Assembly (NCBI GenBank): GCA_964016885.1
Contig: OZ024740.1
Location: forward strand, 206,212,001-206,276,000
Direction: 5' to 3'
Length of the DNA: 64,000 nucleotides
From: Eledone cirrhosa
Taxonomy: Eukaryota
The notes under the pieces were generated by a model, which had not been told where the DNA came from, did no database searches, and saw only the letters and a list, made by a program, of their open reading frames with translations. This document shows positions 37,841 to 52,000 of this stretch, one piece after another (position 1 is the stretch's first letter; each line of letters opens with the position of its first letter). Position numbers and translations under genes: made by a program.

Positions 37841-40800
37841 GTTTAACGTCCATCTTCCACGCTTGCATGGGTTTGGACGGGAGTTTTCCCACTTGAGGCA
37901 AGATTGGTTGTCCTGCTTGTATAGGACTGTCTGGCGGGTTTTCTACGGCTGGATGCCCTTCCTAACACCAACCACGTTTACAGTGTGGACTGGGAGGTTT
38001 TTACTGTGTTACCTACACGGCCACATTACAGCGTGGACTGTGTTTTTTTGTCGTGACACCTACACGACCTCATTTGTTTCGGACTGGATGTGGTGGTACC
38101 AACATAACTTCACATTGAAGGGGGTGATGTGGATGGCGTGGGGGTAGTGGGACAGGGGTGTATTTTTGTTAGAGGTGCCTACTGACTGTAGGTTTCGCTT
38201 TGTACTTAGGCAAGGCGGGTCTTCTGTATTACTGTGTAGCGCCAAAGATCTCGGTCCAGTGACATTGTCTTGGAGAGGTGTAAGTGTGTGAGGTAGGAAT
38301 TTATCAAGTCGTCCCAGGTTTTTCTGGGTCTGCCTACTCCGTGGCTACCATCTATTTTTATCGCCCTGCACTTTTTTATACAGCTGTCGTCTTTCATGGG
38401 CATCACGTGACCGTACCAACGTAGTCTTCTCTCAAGTAAACAACATCTGATCCCTCTTATTCCTAATTTCTCCCTTAGTTCGTTTATGCTTTGCCGTTCA
38501 CGTATATTACTATTACACATCCAGCGGAGCATGCAAGCTTCATTCCTCTCCAGTTTGCGTATATCCTCTGCACACAATGCCCAGGTCTCACTGCCATGTA
38601 ACATTGCTGTTCGTATGCAGGCATCATACAGCCTGCCTTTCATTTTTAGAGAGAACCCTTTAGTGGCCAATAGTGGTATAAGCTCTCTGAACTTTTTCCA
38701 TCCCGTTCTGACTCTAGCTACTGTACTTTCAGAGCACCCTCCCCCACTGCTGATTTTGTCACCCAGGTAACGGAAGGTGTCCACTATTTCTATAGAACCA
38801 TCTGTGCAATGGAATGAGCTAGTATTCTGTGGGCACTTGCTGCTACTTATTGCACCAGAGCACCGGCCACATATAAAATCTATATTCTTAGTTAGCTTAC
38901 CTGTGATTCCACTACATATTTTATGCACCCATACTTTGCATTTTGGACATAAAATGGAGTTTCTGCCTACTCCTTTCCTACACACTGAGCATGGCCATTT
39001 CCCAGATGGGACCGGTGCCCTATTTTCCTTCCTACAAACTAGAACTTTAGTCTTAGACAAGTTAACTTTAAGGCCTTTCGATTCTAGGCCATGCTTCCAT
39101 GTTTGGAATTTCTTCTCTAGTTCAGCCATTGATTCAGCTATGAGCATTAGATCATCTACGTATAGGAGTTCCCATGGGCAGCCGGTCTTAAACTCCTCTG
39201 TTATAGCCTGAAGGGCAATAATAAATAGTAGGGGCTAAGAACGGAGCCCTGATGAACAACTTTTACGCTAAACTCTTCACTATATTCGTTGTTAATTCTA
39301 ACCTTGCTGACTGTTTCTTTATACATGGCTTGTATAGCTCTCACAAGCTATTCATCAACACCTAGTTTTCTAAGAGCCCACCAGATAATGGAGCGGGGGA
39401 CTCTGTCAAAGGCTTTCTCCAATTTAACAAAAGCTAAATATAGGGGTTTACTTTTAGCTAGGTACTTCTCCTGTAGTTGTCGTACAATGAAAAGAGCGTC
39501 TGTGGTACTTTTACCTGACACAAACCCGAACTGCATTTCATCTAGATCAATTCGCTCTCTGATTAGTTGCGCTATTACTTTTTCTGTGACCTTCATGACC
39601 TGGTCGATTAATTTAATGCCTCTATAGTTAGCCCTATCTAGGGCATCTCCTTTACCCTTGTAGCAGTTAATGATGATGCTGCTACGCCAGTCCTTCGGAA
39701 TGGCCCCATTCTGTATGACTTGGTTTACTATCCGGGTGACCATAGTGTGTCCCACCGTTCCAGATGCTTTCAGCATTTCAGCAACTATTTCCGAAGGCCC
39801 AGCCGCCTTACCCGTCTTCATATCTTTGATTGCCTTACTACCTTCAACTAGCACTACTGGTCCCTCTATTGAATCAATGTGGGGGAGACTGTCTTTCTCC
39901 CATTTATTCTCCTCATTTAGTAGCCTTTCGTAGTGACACTTCCAAGCTACCTTCTTATCAGCGTCAGTGATGGCAAGTACACCATCATCATTAAGGACAC
40001 ACTTCTCCCCAACAATATCATGGTTTTCCTTGACACATTGCCTAGTAATCCTGAACACCTCACGTTTTTGGTCCTCGCGTTGTAGAACATGCTTGAACTT
40101 TCTTTCCTCTGCTTCCCTTCTTGCGAAGTACACTTGTCTCCTAGCTTCCCTCCTGGCCACTTGATAGTCTTCTCTACTTCCCCCATCCCGCCATACTTTC
40201 CAAGCCTGCTTTTTGGCCTTAATTGACTCCTCCACCTTACTGTTCCACCACCACATTACTCTCCTCCTGCCTATAGGCCTGCTCCAGCCACAGACTTCAT
40301 CTGCCGCCTTCAGCAGGTTAGCTTTCAGGAATTCCCACTGTTCCTCTATATTGTACGACTCTAATTGCTCTTCCTTACTGTCGAAAGCATCAAGTAATAT
40401 GCTTTTAAATTTATTACTGGCTGTGGGGTCCTTTAGCTTCCATATTTTTCTCCTGAGGATAGTCCTCCTCTGTTGTCGAGTACGTCTTGTCCTGACTATG
40501 AGGTCGCTGACTATGAGTCTATGTTGGGAGGTGCATTCTTCATGGGGGGAGGGATTTAGTGTTTACAACAGACACTCTATCACGTCTTCTGGTAAGGATA
40601 TAATCTATCTGACTGGCGTGTTCCCCTGATCTATAGGTGATCCAGTGATTGTCTCGTTTTTTGAAGTTAGTGTTACAGATAGTTAGGTTATTTGCGTCAC
40701 AGAATTCCAGGATTCTGGAGCCTTCCTCATTTCTAGTACCAAACGCATAGCCTCCATGGATTCCGTCATAGCCGTCACAATGTTGTCCAACGTGACCATT

Positions 40801-43800
40801 TAAGTCGCCAGCAATAATTATGTAGTCTCTGTCGGTTATTTGGGAGGTAGTGAGCATCAATGTCTCATAGAATCTGTCTTTTATAGCGCCAGGCAGTCCG
40901 GATTGGGGTGCATACGCAGATATTACTGTCACAGTAGTTCTATTTAGGACAAGTCTTATTTTAATTATTCTGTCGTTCACTCTATTTACGTCTATTATCT
41001 TATCTACCCATTTTTCTGCTAACATGATTCCTACCCCACCCAGCCCATTGTCATTTCCCACCCAGAAAAGCTTATAGCATCATTTTTTACCCACAATGAA
41101 TCTAGCAGACCCACCCCTCCACCTGGTCTCTTGGATACAGCAAACATCAACCTCCTTACGTTCAAGCATTTCTACAACCTCGTTAGAGCGACCTTTTAAG
41201 TATGTATATGTACATACATATATGTATACAGACGTACAGTAGTATGTATATATATATATATACATACATGCACACATATATATATATGTACGTATGAATT
41301 CACCGAACATTTATTATAATGCTCAGTGTGTTTGTAAACAAACATCCCGTATTAAGCCGTAGTGTCCAGCAACCATCGTTGCTCGTTTGTTCAACACTGA
41401 CAAAAAAACACACAGTCCACGCTGTAATGTGGCCGTGTAGGTAACATGGTAAAAACTTCCCAGTCCACACTGTAAACGTGGTTGGTGTTAGGAAGGGCAT
41501 CCAGCCATAGAAAACCCGCCAGACAGTCCTATGCGAGCAAGACAACCACTCTTGCCTCAAGTGGGAAAACTCCCGTCCAAACCCATGCAAGCGTGGAAGA
41601 TGGACATTAAACGATGATGATGATGTATACATATTAAGTAACAGCCGTACTAAGAGTGAGAAATGAAATTTTGTTTCATTTTTTCCGCTTATCGTTTTCG
41701 GTGTGCCCGGCCGATTAACTCACTCGATATGCAAATTAGGCTGCTCAGCCGTTAATATGCATAAGGAAAGTATATACTTTCAGACGTTCAATCATCTGGC
41801 AGGAAGGTATACGTTGCTGACGATAGTTAATAAGCTTGAAACTAGTACAGCGTTCCTTTGTCAGTGTTGAACAAATGAGCAACGATGGTTGCTAGACACT
41901 GTACGGCTTAATTCGGTATGTTTGTTTACAAACACACCGAGCATTATAATAAATGTTCAGTGAATCCATACGTACATATATATATATGTGTGCATGTATG
42001 TATATCATCAGCATCATCATCATCGTTTAACGTCCATCTTCCACGCTAGCATGGGTTTGGAATATATATATACATACTACTGTACGTCTGTATACATATA
42101 TGTATGTACGTATACATATTTATATTTAAGTAACAGCCGTACTAAGAGTGAGAAATGAAATTTTGTTTCATTTTTTCCGTATATCTCTTCTCTATATATA
42201 TAAAACGGAAGATGTCTGTCTGTGTGTGTGTATGATTTTTATGCATTTCCACATTTCTCTACCGATTCTGATGATTTTTTTTCCAATGTGCTCCAAATTT
42301 ACCAAGGATGGTCAACGCGCAATAAACTTTGCCAAAAATGTCCTGCTTCTATGAAAAAATATCGATAAAACTAAATACATGCTGTAATCCTCTCTCTTTC
42401 ACGCTTAATTCCTCTCACTACTACCCTAAAAAATTTATGAAACTACATACATGTTGCAACTCTATATATATATATATCACACACACACACATATACATAT
42501 AAAGAGAGAAAGAGAGATGTAGTGAGAGAGAGTGAGATAGGTCGTTATACAGAGAGAGGTACAATATAATCAGATAGAGAGTGAATGGCGACGAACGCTC
42601 GTTCTCACACACACACACATACAGACAAACACATATATATATATAAAGACAGAGAGAAAGAGAGATCTGCGCGTTCTTTATTGCTCTCCATTCTGTAAAG
42701 GAAGAGAGAGAGGGGGTATGAGGGAGAGAGAGGGGGTATGAGTGAGAGAAAAAAGGGAGAGGGGTTGAGAAAGAAAGAAAGTTTAAGCAAAGAATCGCTG
42801 CTTTCAACATTAACGGGATCTTCTTAAACTAAAAAATTCAATCTGTGAACGCAGAATTAAATATTTCGAGAAACGTTGCAACCGAAGGAAAACAGGAAGA
42901 CGATATTTTGGTTTGTGAAGACGTTCCCTGGTAATGAACGGGAACAAAGCGAGGATAATACGTCGTTATATGGAAACGAGAAGAACAATTTCATGCAAAG
43001 ACAAGACCAAGTTTATGGTGTAAATGGAGTCGTTAGACTAATATTCTATTTAAAATAACCGAATGATTTCCAGCCCCGGAGTTTAAGAATGATGTAAATA
43101 AAATTGTAAACGAAAATGACAGAGGTTAGTTGTTTCTACTTTTGGCACAAGGCCAGCAATTACCCAGTACATTACTAGTACTTTACTTTATCAACCCCGT
43201 AAGGATGAAAGGCAAAGTTAACCTCGACAGGATTTTAACTTTGCCTTAAAATAGTAAAAGTAAATAGTGAAGATTTAGGCCAGTACATACGTATGCGCCG
43301 ACGGACATACACATACATATACATACGCACACACAAATACATACACATACACACGCACGCGTGTGTGTGTAAACCTTGTGCATTTCTACAGTATTTTCAC
43401 CAAACTTAAGACATACGAGGGGGGATCAAAAAGTTCGCGGAATTTTTCAGAAAATATTCTTTTTTTCAAAAAATATGATTTATCTTCAATTTATTTTTCT
43501 ACATAGTTGCCATCCAGGTCAATACACTTCACAAGGCGATGCTTCCAGCTTCGTAAGTTGAAGGCCTTGTTCGAAGCCATGTGTTGGCAGTGTTTTTAGC
43601 TTCTTCAACACCACTAAAACGGGTTCCTTTTAGCATTCCTTTGAGTTTTGGAAAGAGGAAAAAGTCTGATGGGGCTAAATCTGGACTATAAGGCGGGTGA
43701 AGAAGCACTTCCCATCGAAATTCTTGAAGAACTTCTTTTGCAACCCGCGCAGAATGCGCTGGTGCATTGTCATGGTCAAACAAGATCCCACCATAACGTT

Positions 43801-45738
43801 TCCCTTTTCGTTTCTTGACTAATGCCTCTTTCGGCTTCCTTAAAAGATTTGCATAGTAAGCTCCTGTCACAGTTCTTTGACCTTCAAGATAATCTATTAG
43901 TATCACCCCATCTGAATCCCAGAAAATGGTGGCCATCACTTTTTGATCCGACTTTTGAGATTTGAACTTGATTGGTCCCGATGATCCACGTGGAAGCCAC
44001 TGTTTTGACTGCTGTTTGGATTCAGGATCATGCTGGTAGATCCAGGTTTCATCTCCGGTGATGATTCTGGTCAGGAAATGCTCATCAACTTCAATTTTGT
44101 TTAATATCGCCAAAGACAGATCACTTCGAAGAATCAGCTGATCAGGGCGCAACGTTTTTGGGACCCATCGCGCTGAAAGCTTGCTTAGTCCAAAATTATC
44201 GTGCAGAATTGAATTTGCCGAACCATATGAAATGGCTAGGGACTTAGCTAACTGATTAACTGTTATTCTTCGATCTTCCTCAATTAAAGTCTGAGCAGGC
44301 TCAACGTTTTGGTCATTTTTTTGATGTTCCTAGTCTTCCACTGCGATGGTCGTCTTCAAGGTCGTCTCTCCCTTGTTTGAATCGCTGAATCCACTTGTAG
44401 ACAGCAGTTTTCTTTGGAGCAGTAGTACCGTAAACGTTAACTAAAACATCCATCCATAATCTGTGTCCCTTTCCATTTGAGTTTCACCAGAAACTTGATA
44501 TTCGATCTTATCTCAAAATAACTATTTTCCATTGTTCCAAAAAGAAGTTTTTTAAAGAGTGTCAGTACTGTACAATAGTCCATGCATAACTGACTGCAAG
44601 TGACTAATAGCAAGGTAAACACCCAGTGACAATGTTCTGACATGTTTAATATTGTTTTAACCTATTTTTTTCTTACTACGATAAAATTCCGCGAACTTTT
44701 TGATGCCCCCTCGTAGGTTACTTATGTACTCCGGATGGTCATGGGCACTTTCATTTTTCCAGATATTGATTATAGGGCCTCCCGGCAGATAACCCCCGTT
44801 AACCACTTCCTTGGAATCGGCTGAAGCACTGCAGTGCAATGCAACAAAACGTCATAACTTCTGGAGTTCTCAACCGATTTTCACAAAACTTGACACATGG
44901 GCTATGCTTATTCTACAGATGAATGTGAAAGGAACTTAACATTGTAACTTTAACACAGCTACTGAGCAGCCCCAAGCAACGCCGGGCTTTACTGCTATAG
45001 GCGATAAAGTCGTGCAGACAGACAGTCGTGCAGAGAGGTGATATAGGCGATAAAGTTGTGCAGACAGACAGTCGGGCTGATAGACGATGGAGGCATGCAG
45101 ACAAACAGTCGTACACCGAGGTGATATAGCCGATAAAGTTGTGCAGACAGATAGTCAGGCTGATAGACGATGGAGGCATGCAGACAGACAGTCGTGCAGA
45201 GAAGTGATATAGGAGATAAAGTTATGCAGACAGACAGTCATGCAGAGAGGTGATATAGGCGATAAAGTTGTGCAGACAGACAGTCGTTCAGAGAGGTGAT
45301 AGGCGATGAAATTGCATTTTTTTTTTTTCTTCCATGTCCATCCAATTTCTTTGTTTCAAAATAACTGATAGTTTGGTTACGCTGTTTTTTCTAAGACAAG
45401 TGTTGCAGTGTTTACATTTTCGATTTTTGTTAATGGATTACTAGTGCAGTTTTTATCCCCATTCGAGTTATGGTTATGTTTTCTTAACTTCATTAGGCAT
45501 ACTGTTGGTTGAGGGAATATTAATCAAAAGTACGACATGAAAGTCTACACTGTAGACTCTACAGATTTTAAGCCAAGAAAGGAACTTAACATTGTAACTT
45601 TAACACAGCTACTGAGCAGCCCCGAGCAATGCCGGGCTTTACTGCTAGTATGTATATATATATATATATGTATATACATATATATGTATATATATGTGTA
45701 TATATATATATATATGTGTATATATATATATGTATATA

Positions 45739-45769
<31 letters not shown>

Positions 45770-45788
45770 GTGTGTATATATATATATG

Positions 45789-45819
<31 letters not shown>

Positions 45820-48800
45820 GTATATATATGTATATATATGTATATATATATATATGTATATATACACATATATGTATACATATATATACATGTATGTATG
45901 TCATCATCATCTCATAAAAACAATGAAATAAAAACAAAGAACCTTTCGCACTGAAAAAACCACATTTTAACCTGAAAGATCACAAATCTAACTTCAACTC
46001 TAATCCTTCTATAAGACTTCCAAGTCAGACATTGGCATCATTAGTAAAAAAATTTTGGATAGAATTATCCCACAATTAAGAAAACACGTTAACTTACCAC
46101 TCTGGGAAAACACATCCCAAGTAATTAATTGGTTTACTAATATTAAAAATAAATCCTCTGCTTCATTTCTACAATTCGATATAGATGCTTATTATTCCTC
46201 TATATCACCCATACTCCTGAACAAAGCCTTGATATTTGCCAAAAATAGATCAGACTTAACTATGGATGACATCAATATTATCACGCACGCTAGACAAACA
46301 CTACTGAAGTTTCAAAAGGAATACTGGACCAGAAATACATATAATAATCTTTTCAACATAACTATGGGCTCTAGTGATTCTGTCCAAATTACCGATCTCG
46401 TGGGCCTCTTTCTTCTATTTAACATTAATTCATCTTTTCCCCACCTTAAAGGTGGTTTATATCGTGATGACTGTCTTCTTCTAACCACTAATCTTAACCT
46501 ATCAGAAATTGAAATAAATAAAAAACTTATTAGAACTTTCCTCAAAGACTATTATAATCTCACTATTACATTTGAAAACACCAGTAAAATAGTCAATTTC
46601 CTAGATATAACTATGGACCTATCTACGGGTATCTACCAACCTTACCCTTTACCTAACCAAAACTTGCATTATATACACTCACAATCCAATCACCTTAGAT
46701 CAAACCTTAAAAACCTAGCATATAATATCTCACTCAGAATCTCTAACCTTTCATCAAATCAGGATGTATTCGATAAAAACGCGCCCTTTTACAACGAAAC
46801 TTTAGCTAGAAGCGGCCACAAAAACAAATTAGTCTACATACCTCACACCAATAATATTTCAAACATACAACCTAATATTACCAACAAACACCAAATGAAA
46901 AACCCACACCTAAATGCCACTCATACTACACCTAAAAACACCAACCCAAAACTTAATTTCTCTACCTCTTCTCACATAAAATATAATGACTTTCAAAAAA
47001 CCATTCACTCCAACATATGTTAACAACATAACTAACAAAATTCCTAGTAATCAGGCTAAAACACCTAAATCAGTTAATCTAACTAAACCTATATATAATG
47101 AAATCACTAATAGTAACTCTCTTAGTAAACCTCCTGATACATTGTATAAATATAAGAAATAATGTTGAAACCGTAATAGACGGGTTACTTGGTATAATGC
47201 TCCATTTAATCTACAGATTAAAGACCATATCCCTAAAAAAAAATTCTTTGCTATCTTGGAGAAAAATTTCCCACCAAACCATAAATACCATCAAATTTTA
47301 AATAGATCTACTGTCAAATTTTCCTACTCCACTACCAAAAATATACAATAGAATATACGTGCGTATAACGCATATAAGTGTAAAAAAATCATAAATATAC
47401 AACCAACACATCAAACCAACCATAATAATATTAAAATAAACCATAACAAACCACCATCTCCTTCACCTATAACAGATCCTGTAAACTCCACACCAATTTT
47501 GACTAACTCCCCTGATATAATATTTACGAATGGTTGTAACTGTAGAATCAAAAGAAATTGCCCATTAAAGGGAAATTGTCTTATTAATCACATAGTCAAT
47601 AAATGTAAAATTAGCACTAAGGATTCCACTCATTTATATATAGGAGCTACGTCTAACCAATTTAAAGTAAGATTTAATACCCACAAACATAGTTTTAAAA
47701 ATGCCGCATTAGCTAATACAACATCCTTGGCCGAAGCAATTAATAATTATAGAAAGAAGAACATTGATTATAACCTGATCTGGAGCATGCTTAAAATGGC
47801 CACCCCTTATCAAAATAACAGATACGAGTGTAGGTTATGCTCCCAAGAACTTTTTGAAATCATGAAATCTAAGGATATCCTATTAAATAAGCGACAGGAA
47901 TTAATTATATCTTGCAATCATAGAATTAGAAAAACCTTCAAATATTTTAAACTTAATTAATATACCTTACATATTTTACAAATTATTATAATTGTTTTTT
48001 TTTATTTAGTTAACCTATAATTAGTATTTTACTACAGAGAATTTCATAATTATATTTCCCTCTTTTCCTAAAATTATTTTTAACCTCTACTTCATTTATC
48101 ACATTTAATAGCTATGATTATTAATTATAATTAATATCTTTAATATCATCAATGTCCGTATAGATACAATACTCTTTATAACAAATTTTATCTATCCCAG
48201 TTTTTCCATATATATATTTTTTATTGCTTTAATTTTTTACTTCTTTATTTATCACATTCATATGAAGAAATATAATTTTATCCCTATATGTATACCTATC
48301 AATTAATTTAATTTCCTGTTATGTATCTAGATTCCTTGTAGTTTAAATAAGATTGGTATTTCTCACTAACACCCTTATCCCCCAAAATGTTTTTTCTTTC
48401 GTTTTTAACATTCTTTAATAACATCAAATGTTCGTGTACACTTCACTATCTTCTTGACTTGACCTCATTTTCTCCTCTCCATTGTATTCTTTTCATTCAA
48501 AGCATTAATCTGCACTCCTCCACTCCTAGATTTAATTTCTACTTCTGTTAGTCTATCAAATTGACCTCTAAATCATTTCTATTGGTCTATTCAAAACCTG
48601 TTCCCAAACAGACTCTTTATATTAATTCTTTGTTTTTTTTCAATAAACACATCTCATCATTTCTGAGGACAGCATGTATATGTGAAGATATGTATATTTT
48701 CTCTGAAAATTTGTAATATTTTTACATAGCTCTTAAACATGATATACATACCAACACACATATACATCTCAGAAACGATCGTAAAATGATGAATATTTTT

Positions 48801-49016
48801 ATATAAGGAACTTGTTCTTTGTTTTTATTTCATTGTTTTTATTAATTTATCTCGACTCTGTTTTCCTATGACTTTTATCGTAAATTTTTGAATGCATCTT
48901 CTCTTTTTATGATATCTTCTATATTGGGATTACATTGAGTTCTTCATACGGATTGGACACTACCGTATATTTTGGTAGATTTATCTACATATGTATATAT
49001 ATATATAGTGGATGTG

Positions 49017-49051
<35 letters not shown>

Positions 49052-52000
49052 ATACTTTGGGAGGGTCATGTTGCCAATAAGAAACACACGCACCAGTTGC
49101 TTTCACTCCAATTATAAATTGGAGTGAAATCATAAATTTTAAAAAAATTTATAAATTTCTTATTGGCAACATGACCCTCCCAAAGTATAACAATATCGGT
49201 TTCAACGCACGTTTTCAGATAAAGAATCTTGCTAAACAAATTTAGAAATGATATATATATATTGACATCCACATATATATATCACATCCACTGATATGGA
49301 TTCTGAACATGTGCACACGCTTAGGTCACATTCAGGTCAGCTGCAGGAATCAGTGATAAGTTACTAAAAAAGTGTGATGATCAATGACCTGGAAGTTGGC
49401 TTATCATGAGATTAGTCCAAAGAATAAAACACAAATCGTATGTTGACGAATATTCGTACTCCCGGCATGTTAATTGTAACATGCCGTCTTCGAGAGTAGA
49501 GTTTATTTTGTCGATATTTCGAGGTGTCGGATCGTGGGAAGATTAACACGAATTAAGAAGATGTAACTTCTCTCCCATTATTGACACTTTGCAACAGTGA
49601 ATGTTACAAGGCCCTCTTTAGGGCCAACACTTCTGATTGTTTATCCGACTTATGGTGTTTTCTCAAGTTATGTCTACTATAGGGGGAAAACGGGATGGTT
49701 TTATTGAATTGCTTCAGTCTTTTGAAGGGCTTTACAAATGATGATATACAGGGTGCTTGAACAGTACCTGAATATGTTCACTCGGTTATAATTTCTTCAA
49801 TAATTGTGATGACTTCCTCAATTGTTCTGCCTTTGTTCTTGAGAGCTAAGGCAGTAAGTTTGCTATTCTTATACATAAGTTTGTTGAATAAGTTCAATAT
49901 TCTTCGAGCTCAAATTTTGCTGGCTTATTCACTCTGAATGAAGAAAGCTGGATGGAAGAAGGACTTATGACTTAAACAGTTATTGATAGTTCCACACAAA
50001 AAATTGATCTGCCATAAACACACCTATTGAAAATCCAGTATGGGCACCCAGGGTCGCTAGCATTTTCAAACGCACTCTAGGAACTGCGAATAACCCCACC
50101 TTTCCCGGGTATTACCGGGTACTGCAGCTAGTGTAACATAACTTAATAAAATTCTATTTTCTTACTGTTTAGCCATGGAAGGTAAGGTAGTGCCCACAGC
50201 CCTTTTCAAGGTGTCTGAAACTGGTTCGAAGGAAAGAGGAAGATACCTCCACGCTGGAGATGTCTTCTGAATGCTTGCAACAAAGTAAACTCTGTTTAAA
50301 TTCTACTAATGACACCCATGGTCCAGGTGATGGTGTTAAACTGGGCAATGGATTAAGTCTACTATGCAACTAATTTAAAATCATTTTACTTTTCTGATGC
50401 TGCCATAAGTTAAGGAATTTCATATATGTAGTGACATTTAAAGGATGATGATGATGATGATGATGATTATCAATATATATTTATCTCTTGGTGTCAATTC
50501 CGTTAAATCACGTTGATTTTCTTCTTCTTCTCCTCCTCTCACATATTCCTGAGAGGGTCGTCATCACATCATCAATCTCTTGATTCATTACAGTTGCTGA
50601 GATAATTTTGTAGTTCATTAATTTGAGATTATTTCTTTCTTGAAGATTCTTGCAGCCAGGAATCTACAGTGATGGAATCTACTGTAATAAAGAAGAAGGT
50701 AACTTTGGAAAATATTTTATTAACTTTTTCTATAAATCCTCCTCCTCTTTCAGTCTTTTCTATGTTTAGTCTGCCTGTCACCCACCTTGTGGGTTGTCCC
50801 TCTGTCGACCACTGGCTGCTGGTCTCTGTCCTCTTGGGCGTTTTTGCCCATCGCTGTCTTTGACAGCATTTAGCTGATTTAATGGCTGTTCTAGCCATGA
50901 TTTTTCTCATTTTTATATGTATTCAATCATACATTCTTGCTTCTTCATCTCGATCAGAGACAACATTGTTTTAACTTTAATATAATTGTTTTGATTGGGG
51001 GTGAATTAACATATAAAATATTTTAAACTTTTCTCGTTTAGTAATGTTAGTTTAAACCTTTACCATATCTTTAATGAAATTTGCTATATTTTAATTAATT
51101 AATAAAGAATTTGGAGCGCTTTCCTAAAATTAATAATTGTTTCATATCATAATTTAACAAATGGTTCTTATATAAAATTATGTTGGAGGATTTTAATTTA
51201 AATAGGACCCCTTTAAAATGAGTGGTTTTGTTTAATAGAACCAGAGCTTGTTTTGTCTGGGTTGGTATCAATAGAGATAATGTAGTAAATTGTCAGAGTC
51301 ATTAGAGCATTATAGTATTTGCTGTCTGTATTCTGAAATCATTGATAAATAAAGTAGAGTTTCAGGGAGGTGCATTGGATGGGATGTCTTATGATATAAG
51401 CCATAAGACTCTGACTCTCATAATTCACTTCTTCCTTACATAGGCTGTTGTATCTCCTAAATAAGATTTAGTTTAAAATCTTTAACAATATTTTAATATA
51501 AAGACTTAGCCAACATATTTTTTTGTTTTAAATGTTGCAGGAATCTCAACAGAAATCAATGGAATATTCACAGATTGAAGGTTCTAAAGAAGATAGTGAA
51601 AATATACAGCTTCACTGCACATCAATACAACCAGATTCACAGGTAAAATATTACTTGCTCTATTATTATTTTTAGTCCTCTGGTTGGGTGTTGGACTTAC
51701 AATCATAACATTTTGAATTCATTGAATTCATATTGTGTTCTTGAGCAAGGCACTTCATTTCATGTTGCTTCAGTTCACTCAGCTGAAAATTATTACAATT
51801 AGCAGCTGGGATATTAGCTCTGTGATATCATTTTAACCATTCAAAAATATATTATATTAACATTTCATTTATTTAATGAGGTGACAGCATATTCAGTACA
51901 TCACTGTAATTCGGTCTCTGACACAGTTTCATCATCATCATCACAGTTTAACATTAATTTTTCCATGTTAGCATGGGTTGTCCTGTTGTGGGCAATGCCA

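Noticed and set aside
45537-45954. Several YI-rich ORFs
   Set aside because: Translations of a TA microsatellite
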